The notes under the pieces: generated by a model
Database searches by the model: none
What the model saw: only the letters and a program-made list of their open reading frames with translations
What the model was told of the DNA's origin: nothing
From: Candidatus Gottesmanbacteria bacterium UBA6580
Lineage (GTDB): Bacteria; Patescibacteriota; Microgenomatia; UBA10105; UBA927
Assembly: GCA_002433895.1 (NCBI GenBank)
Contig: DJJA01000005.1
Location: 3,883-67,882, forward strand
DNA: 64,000 nt
Direction: 5' to 3'
Shown: positions 50,124 through 58,026 of the stretch, one piece after another
How the letters are laid out: every line of letters begins with the position of its first letter
Position numbering within the stretch: position 1 is the first letter of the stretch
Translations under genes and position numbers: made by a program

Positions 50124-50504
50124 ATGAATAATAATATTGGTATTGCAGCGGTTATTATCGCCGTTATTGTGGGTATAATTGGTTATACAAAATTTAATTC
50201 ATCTGCAGGAGGAAGTCAGGCTGTACAGCAGGTGGGAGATGTTGCCGTTATCAAACTTTCCAGTCTACCGAATGGAAACTACACAAATCAAAAGTTTGAA
50301 GTTAAACAAGGAACCAAAGTACGAATTGAAGGCGATCCTGCTACACTCGTTGGCTCGATGAGTAAAGTTATCGTTGATGGCTATGAAGTAAGTAAAGACA
50401 TTGCCGAAGGTGACAACGTCTTAGAGTTTGTCGCCGACAAGTCAGGTAAGTTTCGGATTCACTGTGCAAATGGCATGGGTAACGCATTTCTGACGGTCAA
50501 ATAA
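50124..50504 (+). CDS. cupredoxin-like small exported protein
   Basis: Signal-anchor and a beta-rich domain ending …KFRIHCANGMGNAFLTVK. The same C-x-x-G-M pattern recurs twice in the C-terminus of the 55970 protein. Confidence 0.35.
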   Translation: MNNNIGIAAVIIAVIVGIIGYTKFNSSAGGSQAVQQVGDVAVIKLSSLPNGNYTNQKFEVKQGTKVRIEGDPATLVGSMSKVIVDGYEVSKDIAEGDNVLEFVADKSGKFRIHCANGMGNAFLTVK

Positions 50505-50540
50505 TTCTCGCCAAGATGTTGTACTATTAAAGGTAGAACC

Positions 50541-51197
50541 ATGGATACAAAGGGAGGTACAACAATGAATAACACAAAAAATCTCTACGCTATCGGTGGA
50601 GTGGTTCTTGGTGCAGTACTGGCCTGGTTTTTGTTTTCCACTGCTGTCCGGAGTAATAACGTGGGTATGATGCAGATGATGGGGCTTCGTGCCCCTACTT
50701 CCTCCAACTCGGATACGCTGGATGCTCATTTTATCGAACAAATGATTCCTCACCATGAAGATGCCATTACTATGGCACGGCTTGCAGAAACTAAAGCCAA
50801 AACTTCTGAAGTAAAGCAATTAGCCAAAAATATAATAACTTCTCAAGGATCTGAGATCGACCAAATGAAATCATGGTACAAAGGCTGGTTTAGACGGGAT
50901 CTTCCAACAGGCAAAAACGTCATGACACAGCACAGCATGATGGGCGGAAGCCAAAGCATGCATATGGGGATGATGGGTAACGAAACAGACTCTGCCCGAC
51001 TCGAAAATGCAGACGATTTTGATACAGCATTTGTGGAGGATATGATTCCTCATCATCAAATGGCAGTTATGATGGCAAGCATGCTTAAAGATGGTTCTTC
51101 AAGGCCGGAAATGCGAAAACTTGCTGACGATATTATTGCAGCTCAAACCAGTGAAATTAATGAGATGCGGATGTGGCTTACCAAGTGGAGTAAATAA
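50541..51197 (+). CDS. DUF305 (CopM-like) periplasmic metal-binding protein
   Basis: Internal duplication with two …[FI][IV]E[QD]MIPHH[EQ]…M…MA… motifs, a Met/His-rich linker and a signal-anchor helix. Confidence 0.7.
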   Translation: MDTKGGTTMNNTKNLYAIGGVVLGAVLAWFLFSTAVRSNNVGMMQMMGLRAPTSSNSDTLDAHFIEQMIPHHEDAITMARLAETKAKTSEVKQLAKNIITSQGSEIDQMKSWYKGWFRRDLPTGKNVMTQHSMMGGSQSMHMGMMGNETDSARLENADDFDTAFVEDMIPHHQMAVMMASMLKDGSSRPEMRKLADDIIAAQTSEINEMRMWLTKWSK

Positions 51198-51200
51198 TTA

Positions 51201-51437
51201 ATGATGCACTCAATCACTACACAAACAATAAAAACTACAGCAACTTTAACATGTCCTCTTTGTCACAAAGACCATGTAGAAGAAATGCCTATAGATGCGT
51301 GCCAACATTTTTATAAATGTGAGTCATGTAAATCGATAATTAAGCCAAAAGAAGGAGATTGCTGTGTTTTTTGTTCATATTCAGATAGTTTATGTCCACC
51401 GAAGCAAGCTGAGTATCTTGCAGCTAACAACTTATGA
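51201..51437 (+). CDS. small Cys-rich putative metal-binding protein
   Basis: 78 aa with 10 Cys (CPLC…CQHFYKCESC…GDCCVFCSY…C). Its stop overlaps the ATPase start by ATGA. Confidence 0.35.
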   Translation: MMHSITTQTIKTTATLTCPLCHKDHVEEMPIDACQHFYKCESCKSIIKPKEGDCCVFCSYSDSLCPPKQAEYLAANNL

Positions 51438-53668
51438 CTACATATACCTGCTCAATGCATCCGGAAGTTATTAAAGATGCTCCTGGTACCTGTCCAAAAT
51501 GCGGAATGACATTAGTTCCCGTAGAAAAAACTCCAGACCACTCCGGGATGGATCACTCATCCCACACTGAGAGTGCTCATGATCATCATTCCATGAAGAC
51601 GGTAACAGGCATGACCTTTTGGGAAAAACTCAAAATGAGTATGACTATGTCGATGGGAATGGATCATACGGGATTGACAGGTCGCGAGATGGCTAAACTC
51701 ATGGAAGAAGATATCCGGAACAAATTTTTTGTCTCACTCCTTCTGACTCTACCCATTATTGCGTATTCCCCGATGGGTACAAATATGCTCGGCCTTTCTT
51801 TGCCGACACCTATTCCCGCTTCGTGGATTATGTTTCTTTTAACGACACCAGTGTACTTTTACTCTGGGTGGATCTTTCTGTATTCAACCTATAAAGCACT
51901 GCAAGCAAAAACTCTCAATATGGCTGTGCTTATCGCCGTCGGCATTACCGCCGCATACGCTTTTAGCATTGTTCTAACGCTTCTTGGGAGCGAAGAGTCA
52001 TTTTATGAAGCGGCAGCCATGCTTACCACATTCGTCTTGTTTGGACACTGGATGGAAATGAAGTCACGCCGGGGAACGACCGATGCCCTGCAGGCCTTAT
52101 TTAATTTGGTGCCCCCACAAGCACGGGTATTACGGGATGGCAAAGAAATGATGATCCCTACCTCTGAAGTAAAGCTCGGCGATATTCTCATACTCAAGCC
52201 AGGTGACAAGGTGCCGGTCGATGGCGAGATTATTGAAGGTGAAACCGCAATCGATGAGTCTTTAGTGACCGGCGAGTCCTTGCCTGTTGCAAAATCTATC
52301 GGTGATAGTGTCATCGGAGGATCAATCAATACATCAGGTTCAGTTCAGTTTAAGGCAACCAAAATAGGATCTGATACCGCACTTGCGCAAATCGTTAAGA
52401 TGGTTGAGACTGCACAAAACTCCAAAGCCCCTGGGCAAAAAATTGCCGATCGGTTCGCTAAATACCTTGTCATAGTGGCCGTCGGTGGTGGGCTTCTTAC
52501 GTTTCTTGTTTGGTATTTTGCCTTAGGCGCAACATTTATGGTTGCACTCACGTTTGCAATTTCTACGGTTGTTATTGCGTGTCCGGATGCGTTAGGACTT
52601 GCGACCCCTACCGCTGTTGCGGTCGGTACCGGATTGGGTGCCAAGCACAATATTCTTATCAAGGACGCCCCCACGCTTGAGCAGGTATCGAAGATCCAAG
52701 CTGTGGTACTCGATAAAACGGGAACACTTACAGAGGGGAAACCTATTATTACGGATGTTATAGCAGCAACAGGATTTACTGAGGACGAGATCATCGCACT
52801 CGACGCAGCAGCAGAGGCCAAGTCATCACATCCGTTAAGTTTGGCGGTCTTGGAAGAAGCCAAAAAACGAAAAGTAGAGATACCGACGACTGTTGAAAAA
52901 TTCCAAAACTTAGCGGGTCACGGAGTGGAAGCAGTTGTTGATGGCAAAAAAGTGTTAGTCGGCACCAACAAGCTCATGCAGGACAGAAATATATCTATTG
53001 ATCCCATCAAAGCGGATATAGATCGACTGCTGTCTGAAGGTAAAACGATAATGGTGCTGGCTGTTGACGGCAAAGTTGCCGGCGTTGCTGCAGCCTCTGA
53101 TCCTGTGAAAGCCAACGCAAAATCGGCGATTGCCCGTATGAAAGACATGGGTCTGACGGTCGCTATGATAACTGGTGACAATCAAAAAACTGCGGAAACA
53201 ATCGGCAAGCAACTCGGCATAGACCGGGTATTTGCAGAAGTACTGCCGGAGGATAAATCGTCATACGTCAAAAAACTACAGGCAGAAGGTAAATTTACAG
53301 CTATGGTCGGTGACGGTGTCAATGATGCGCCTGCCCTTGCCCAAGCTGACATCGGGATCGCTATCGGGGCAGGAACGGATGTGGCGATAGAAACAGCCAA
53401 GGTGGTGCTTATGAAATCGGATCCGGCAGATGTCCTGCGGGCAATTAAACTCTCCAAAGCGACAGTCCGGAAGATGAAGGAAAATCTCGTCTGGGCGAGT
53501 ATTTATAACCTACTAGCAATTCCGGTTGCTGCAGGCGTTTTATACCCTAGCTATGGCATTACGCTTCGCCCTGAGTTCTCTGCTCTTCTTATGTCAATTT
53601 CTTCGATAATCGTGGCCACCAATGCCGTACTCCTCAAGCGGGCAGAGAAAAGTCTAGTACAAATGTAG
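51434..53668 (+). CDS. P1B-type heavy-metal-translocating ATPase with an N-terminal zinc-ribbon metal-binding domain, a His/Met-rich linker and an atypical CPD transmembrane motif
   Basis: N-terminus YTCSMHPEV…CPKCGM, then …HSGMDHSSHTESAHDHH…MSMTMSMGMDH…. It has a TGES actuator motif, an [13 protein letters not shown]6 motif (Cys-Pro-Asp), DKTGTLT, and GDGVNDAPAL. Length 744 aa. Confidence 0.85.
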   Translation: MTTYTCSMHPEVIKDAPGTCPKCGMTLVPVEKTPDHSGMDHSSHTESAHDHHSMKTVTGMTFWEKLKMSMTMSMGMDHTGLTGREMAKLMEEDIRNKFFVSLLLTLPIIAYSPMGTNMLGLSLPTPIPASWIMFLLTTPVYFYSGWIFLYSTYKALQAKTLNMAVLIAVGITAAYAFSIVLTLLGSEESFYEAAAMLTTFVLFGHWMEMKSRRGTTDALQALFNLVPPQARVLRDGKEMMIPTSEVKLGDILILKPGDKVPVDGEIIEGETAIDESLVTGESLPVAKSIGDSVIGGSINTSGSVQFKATKIGSDTALAQIVKMVETAQNSKAPGQKIADRFAKYLVIVAVGGGLLTFLVWYFALGATFMVALTFAISTVVIACPDALGLATPTAVAVGTGLGAKHNILIKDAPTLEQVSKIQAVVLDKTGTLTEGKPIITDVIAATGFTEDEIIALDAAAEAKSSHPLSLAVLEEAKKRKVEIPTTVEKFQNLAGHGVEAVVDGKKVLVGTNKLMQDRNISIDPIKADIDRLLSEGKTIMVLAVDGKVAGVAAASDPVKANAKSAIARMKDMGLTVAMITGDNQKTAETIGKQLGIDRVFAEVLPEDKSSYVKKLQAEGKFTAMVGDGVNDAPALAQADIGIAIGAGTDVAIETAKVVLMKSDPADVLRAIKLSKATVRKMKENLVWASIYNLLAIPVAAGVLYPSYGITLRPEFSALLMSISSIIVATNAVLLKRAEKSLVQM

Positions 53669-53692
53669 TATTGCCTAAAGAGTAACTTTGAC

Positions 53693-53712
53693 ATATCATT
53701 AGATAATGATAT
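53693..53712. promoter_or_regulatory. ArsR-type operator: 9-2-9 inverted repeat ATATCATTA-GA-TAATGATAT overlapping the arsR start codon
   Basis: Perfect palindrome read from the sequence. A TTGACA hexamer lies directly upstream at 53687-53692. Confidence 0.5.
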
Positions 53713-54031
53713 GAAAAAGACTAACTACGCTATAAACGCAAAATTTTTCAGAGGATTCTCAGACCCTACCAGACTTTCCGTTCTCCTGACACTCCTTGAC
53801 AATGAGAAGACTGTGGGAGAAATAGTCGAGGACATCCAGCAATCTCAATCAAATGTATCCAATCATCTTAAATGTCTTTCAGATTGTGGATTGGTGAAAA
53901 ATAGAAGAAACGGAAAAAATATCTACTACTCACTTAGAGATCCCAAAACTAAACGGTTACTTACGTTATCCGAACAGGTAATTTCGAAAGTTTACGCTGA
54001 TATTGATGCTTGCTTGAGATACAAGGAATAA
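53711..54031 (+). CDS. ArsR/SmtB-family metalloregulator (CadC/CzrA-like)
   Basis: 106 aa with a winged HTH (…LSDPTRLSVLLTLLDNEKTVGEIVEDIQQSQSNVSNHLKCLSDCGLV…). It precedes a P1B-4-type ATPase. Confidence 0.75.
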   Translation: MKKTNYAINAKFFRGFSDPTRLSVLLTLLDNEKTVGEIVEDIQQSQSNVSNHLKCLSDCGLVKNRRNGKNIYYSLRDPKTKRLLTLSEQVISKVYADIDACLRYKE

Positions 54032-54038
54032 TAATTAT

Positions 54039-55922
54039 ATGAAAAGAATATTGTCTTATCTAAAAAATCCAAAAGTAGCAACCTCATCAGTCAGCTGGTT
54101 GGTATTTCTCATTACGTTCTTTTTAGGATTATTCGGTGTTGGACAAGCCGTCATAATTCCCCTCTATGTATCAGGCATTCTTATCGGTGGATTTTATTTC
54201 GGACGGGAAGCAATTGAAAAGTTATTTGAGAAAAAAATTGGTATCGAAATCCTGATGTCTGTTGGAATTATTGGGGCGGCAGCTCTGGGAGAGTGGAAGG
54301 AGGCATTGCTTCTGGTTGGGCTTTACTCTATTTCTGAAGCAATCGAAAGTTTCATTTCCGACAAGACCAGAAGTGCCATTCGTGCTTTGATGGATTTAGT
54401 ACCGAAAAAAGCGTTGGTCAAAGAAAATGGCAAAACAGAATATATTTTGGCAGAGAAGCTCGAAGTAGACCAGATTTTTATTGTCAAAGCGGGCGAATCT
54501 ATTGCCACCGACGGAATTATCTACACGGGGAGTGCTTCTATCAATCAAGCTGCGATTACCGGAGAGTCTATTCCTGTGTTTAGAAAAGAAGGAGAAACCG
54601 TGTTTGCTGGGACGATAAACGAGGACGGATACATAGAAGTTAAAGCCACGAAGAAGTTTTCGGAAAATACCATCTCAAAAATTATCAAACTGGTTGAAGA
54701 TGCACAGGAGAGTAAAGGCAAAAGACAACAAATGGTTGAAAAATTTTCCTATACTTTTTCACCGATAGTGCTGGGTGTCTCTATTCTCATGCCGCCAGCA
54801 CTGATCCTTTTAGGGTTTCCTCTTTCTGACGCTTTCGTAAGAGCTGTAACATTTGTGGTAGCTGCCTCTCCCTGTGCTTTCGCGGTTTCCATCCCGGTTG
54901 CGTTTGCAGCAGCAATAGGCACTTCGGCAAAAAATGGAGTGTTGGTAAAAGGAGGGATTTATTTAGAAGAGCTCGCCGATACAAAAGTAGTAGCTTTTGA
55001 CAAGACAGGCACGCTCACCACCGGTAAGCCCGTGGTAACAAATATTCTTCCTTTTGGAAACCTTGGCAAAAAACAACTCCTAGAGACCGCAGGTGGTTTA
55101 GCTGTCAACTCATCACATCCGCTTAGTAAAGCAGTTCTATCGGAGTTATATCAGAATAATGTCAATCCGTCATCAGTTGCCAGCCATCACACAATGGCAG
55201 GTGAAGGAGTTAAAGGGGTGATCGATGGAGAAACAGTCTATCTTGGCAGTCCACATCTTTTTGAAAAGCTGGGACAGCGTATTTCGGATATCCGCGAATT
55301 TAAAACATTCTCAGCAGAAGGTAAAACGGTCATTTTTGTCGGCACGGAAAAGAAACTGTTAGGCCTAATCGCAATCGCCGATGCTCCGAGAACCGAAGCC
55401 AAAGCAGCTTTATTATCACTAAAGCGATTGGGTGTAGAAAATGTCATGCTCACGGGTGACCATACGTTGGTTGGAGAAAGCATCGGAAAAGAACTTGGAG
55501 TAGATAAAGTCATTGCCGAGCTGAAACCCGACCAGAAAGTAGAGCGAATTAAGGAACTGAAAAATAAATATCATCATGTGGCTATGATTGGTGATGGTAT
55601 TAATGATGCGCCGGCACTGGCCGAGTCGTCGGTTGGACTGGCAATGGGAACGGCCGGAACAGATGCGGCTCTTGAAGCTGCAAATGTTGCGATCATGGGC
55701 GATGATCTTACTAAAATTCCTTATGCTATCCAACTATCCCGTTATGCTAAAAAGATTGTTTTTCAGAATCTTTTTTTCTCGACAGTTTTACAGGTTATAG
55801 TAATGGGACTTGCAATCTTTATGGTTTTGCCAGTTAGTCTCATATTGTTCGTGGATGAGTTTGGAGAAGTTTTAGTAGTCTTGAATGGACTTCGTCTGCT
55901 ATCTGGGAAAATAAATAGCTGA
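54039..55922 (+). CDS. P1B-4-like (SPC-motif) heavy-metal ATPase without an N-terminal metal-binding domain
   Basis: ASPCAFAVSIP TM6 motif, TGES, DKTGTLT and [10 protein letters not shown], 627 aa. The TM8 region reads DEFGEVLVVLNGLRLL rather than the canonical HEGST…. Confidence 0.8.
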   Translation: MKRILSYLKNPKVATSSVSWLVFLITFFLGLFGVGQAVIIPLYVSGILIGGFYFGREAIEKLFEKKIGIEILMSVGIIGAAALGEWKEALLLVGLYSISEAIESFISDKTRSAIRALMDLVPKKALVKENGKTEYILAEKLEVDQIFIVKAGESIATDGIIYTGSASINQAAITGESIPVFRKEGETVFAGTINEDGYIEVKATKKFSENTISKIIKLVEDAQESKGKRQQMVEKFSYTFSPIVLGVSILMPPALILLGFPLSDAFVRAVTFVVAASPCAFAVSIPVAFAAAIGTSAKNGVLVKGGIYLEELADTKVVAFDKTGTLTTGKPVVTNILPFGNLGKKQLLETAGGLAVNSSHPLSKAVLSELYQNNVNPSSVASHHTMAGEGVKGVIDGETVYLGSPHLFEKLGQRISDIREFKTFSAEGKTVIFVGTEKKLLGLIAIADAPRTEAKAALLSLKRLGVENVMLTGDHTLVGESIGKELGVDKVIAELKPDQKVERIKELKNKYHHVAMIGDGINDAPALAESSVGLAMGTAGTDAALEAANVAIMGDDLTKIPYAIQLSRYAKKIVFQNLFFSTVLQVIVMGLAIFMVLPVSLILFVDEFGEVLVVLNGLRLLSGKINS

Positions 55923-55984
55923 AAGCTAAAATTTATTGGCAAATCTTCATAAAATCTTCATAGCTTGCCTTGTATGCTCTAACA

Positions 55985-57802
55985 ATGAGTAAACAAAAAA
56001 TTCACATACAAGGCATGCATTGCCGCTCGTGCGAGATATTAATCGAGGACGAGTTGAGTAAGGTTAAAGGGGTTAAGAAAGTCTACGTCAACCACAAGAC
56101 AGGGGTTGCTGATGTTGACTGTGAGTGTGAGCTTGACCAAAACGAGGTCGCTACAGCCGTTCAAAACGCTGGCTATGTCGTCGGTGAAGACGGCAAGATG
56201 CCACTCATCTCCAAAAACCGCAAGGATTATATTGACTTAGGAATTGCCTTTTTTATAACCGTTGCTCTCTATTTTGTTGCCAAAACGCTTGGGATATTTG
56301 ACCTTGGCAAATCCATTACCGGTGGCAATTATTCCAGCTTACCTGTTGTCTTTATCGTTGGCTTAACTGCCGGAGTATCTACCTGTATGGCCTTGGTCGG
56401 TGGACTCGTGCTTGGTGCCGCCTCCCGCTTCTCGGCGAAGAATCCGCGAGCTACAGGCATGGAAAAATTTACGCCGCATATCTACTTTAACCTAGGGAGA
56501 ATTGCCTCTTATTTTGTTTTAGGTGGCGCACTTGGATTCTTAGGATCAATATTCCAGTTATCTACCTCAGTCCTAGGCATGCTCACAGTAATTGTCGGTT
56601 TAGTCATGCTCCTTTTGGGTGGCCAGCTTATAGACATATTCCCATTTCTCAAGCGCGTGTCATTTACCTTGCCAAAAGGTATCAGTCGCGCTTTAGGCAT
56701 AAAGGAACAGTCTGAACTCGAGTATAGCAATACAAACTCTGCAATTATGGGTGCCTCCACATTCTTTTTGCCCTGTGGTTTTACCCAGGCTATGCAGCTC
56801 TTTGCCATGAGTTCTGGAAGTCCTCTTACCGGTGCCCTGACTATGGGAGTATTTGCTCTAGGCACAGCTCCCGGGCTACTGGGAGTCGGTGGCTTAACTT
56901 CTGTCGTAAAAGGAAACGGTGCAAAACTGTTCTTCAAGACAGCAGGAGTAGTAGTCATACTGCTTTCACTCTTTAACATTACCAATGGTCTTAATCTCTT
57001 GGGGGTTACGCCTGAAGTTTTAGGTGCCTTCACGACTAAGGCAGCGGCAGGTAATACCGTAAATGATCCAAACGTCAAAATGGTTGGTGGCGTCCAGGAA
57101 GTGCGTATGACCCAAGCCTCCGGAGGTTATAGCCCCAACAAGTTTACAATCCGGAAAGGCATTCCTGTCAAATGGATCATTACATCCAAAGACATATATA
57201 CCTGTGCAGCAAGTATTGCCTCTCAACAGCTTAATATTAGAAAAGGTTTGCAGCTTGGAGAAAACGTCTTTGAATTTACTCCCAAAGAAACAGGCACGAT
57301 CCGCTTCTCGTGCTCGATGGGTATGTATACCGGATCATTTACTGTCGTCGATGATAAAGAATCAGCCGGTGCTACTCAGCAAACAACGTTAGCAAACACA
57401 CAAACGCAAAACTCAGGATCAGCAGGATCCTGCAGTGCGGGAGGATGTGGTTGTGGAGGTGCAGCTAAAAAGGCAGCCGCCCTACAAAATAACAACGAAC
57501 CTGCGACGAAACCTATTACCCAGGGAAATGTACAGGTCATCAAAGCAACGTATACCGCCCTTGGTGATATTTCACCCAATACCTTTACCGTCAAAGCCAA
57601 TCAGCCGGTAAAGTTTGAAATTCTATCGAAAGACAATGGTGAGGGCTGTATGGGGAGTGTAGCCGTTCCAAACTTAAGTAAAAAAGTAGAAATGCTTACC
57701 AAAGGGGAAACAACCACCTTTGAATTTACACCGACCTCAACTGGTACCTATCCCATTACCTGCGCCATGGGAGTACCTAGGGGTCAAATACAAGTTATTT
57801 AA
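55985..57802 (+). CDS. HMA-domain / polytopic membrane / 2× cupredoxin-like fusion protein
   Basis: N-terminal HMA with GMHCRSCE; a membrane domain with TM-embedded Cys (…VSTCMAL… and …FFLPCGFTQAM…); a Gly/Cys-rich linker; and two C-terminal beta domains ending …FSCSMGMYTGSFTVV… and …ITCAMGVPRGQIQVI. Confidence 0.45.
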   Translation: MSKQKIHIQGMHCRSCEILIEDELSKVKGVKKVYVNHKTGVADVDCECELDQNEVATAVQNAGYVVGEDGKMPLISKNRKDYIDLGIAFFITVALYFVAKTLGIFDLGKSITGGNYSSLPVVFIVGLTAGVSTCMALVGGLVLGAASRFSAKNPRATGMEKFTPHIYFNLGRIASYFVLGGALGFLGSIFQLSTSVLGMLTVIVGLVMLLLGGQLIDIFPFLKRVSFTLPKGISRALGIKEQSELEYSNTNSAIMGASTFFLPCGFTQAMQLFAMSSGSPLTGALTMGVFALGTAPGLLGVGGLTSVVKGNGAKLFFKTAGVVVILLSLFNITNGLNLLGVTPEVLGAFTTKAAAGNTVNDPNVKMVGGVQEVRMTQASGGYSPNKFTIRKGIPVKWIITSKDIYTCAASIASQQLNIRKGLQLGENVFEFTPKETGTIRFSCSMGMYTGSFTVVDDKESAGATQQTTLANTQTQNSGSAGSCSAGGCGCGGAAKKAAALQNNNEPATKPITQGNVQVIKATYTALGDISPNTFTVKANQPVKFEILSKDNGEGCMGSVAVPNLSKKVEMLTKGETTTFEFTPTSTGTYPITCAMGVPRGQIQVI

Positions 57803-57825
57803 CGAAAGGAATTATATGAACACAC

Positions 57826-58022
57826 AAACATTTACATTAACCGGCCTAACTTGCCCAGCCTGCAAAAAGATAACTGAAAAACGAATCGGTTCGCTTCCCG
57901 GAGTGACGCACGTCGAAGTGACAGTTTCGAATGGTTCTGCCCATGTGATGTCCGAGAGTCTTATTACAAACGTACAAATCAACGAGGTATTGAAGGATAC
58001 CCCGTATTTTATAGAAGGATAA
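57826..58022 (+). CDS. copZ: copper chaperone CopZ (HMA domain)
   Basis: 65 aa with [14 protein letters not shown]…GV, the MxCxxC-type HMA fold. RBS GAAAGGAAT upstream. The ORF track extends it upstream to 57720. Confidence 0.7.
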
Positions 58023-58026
58023 ACAT

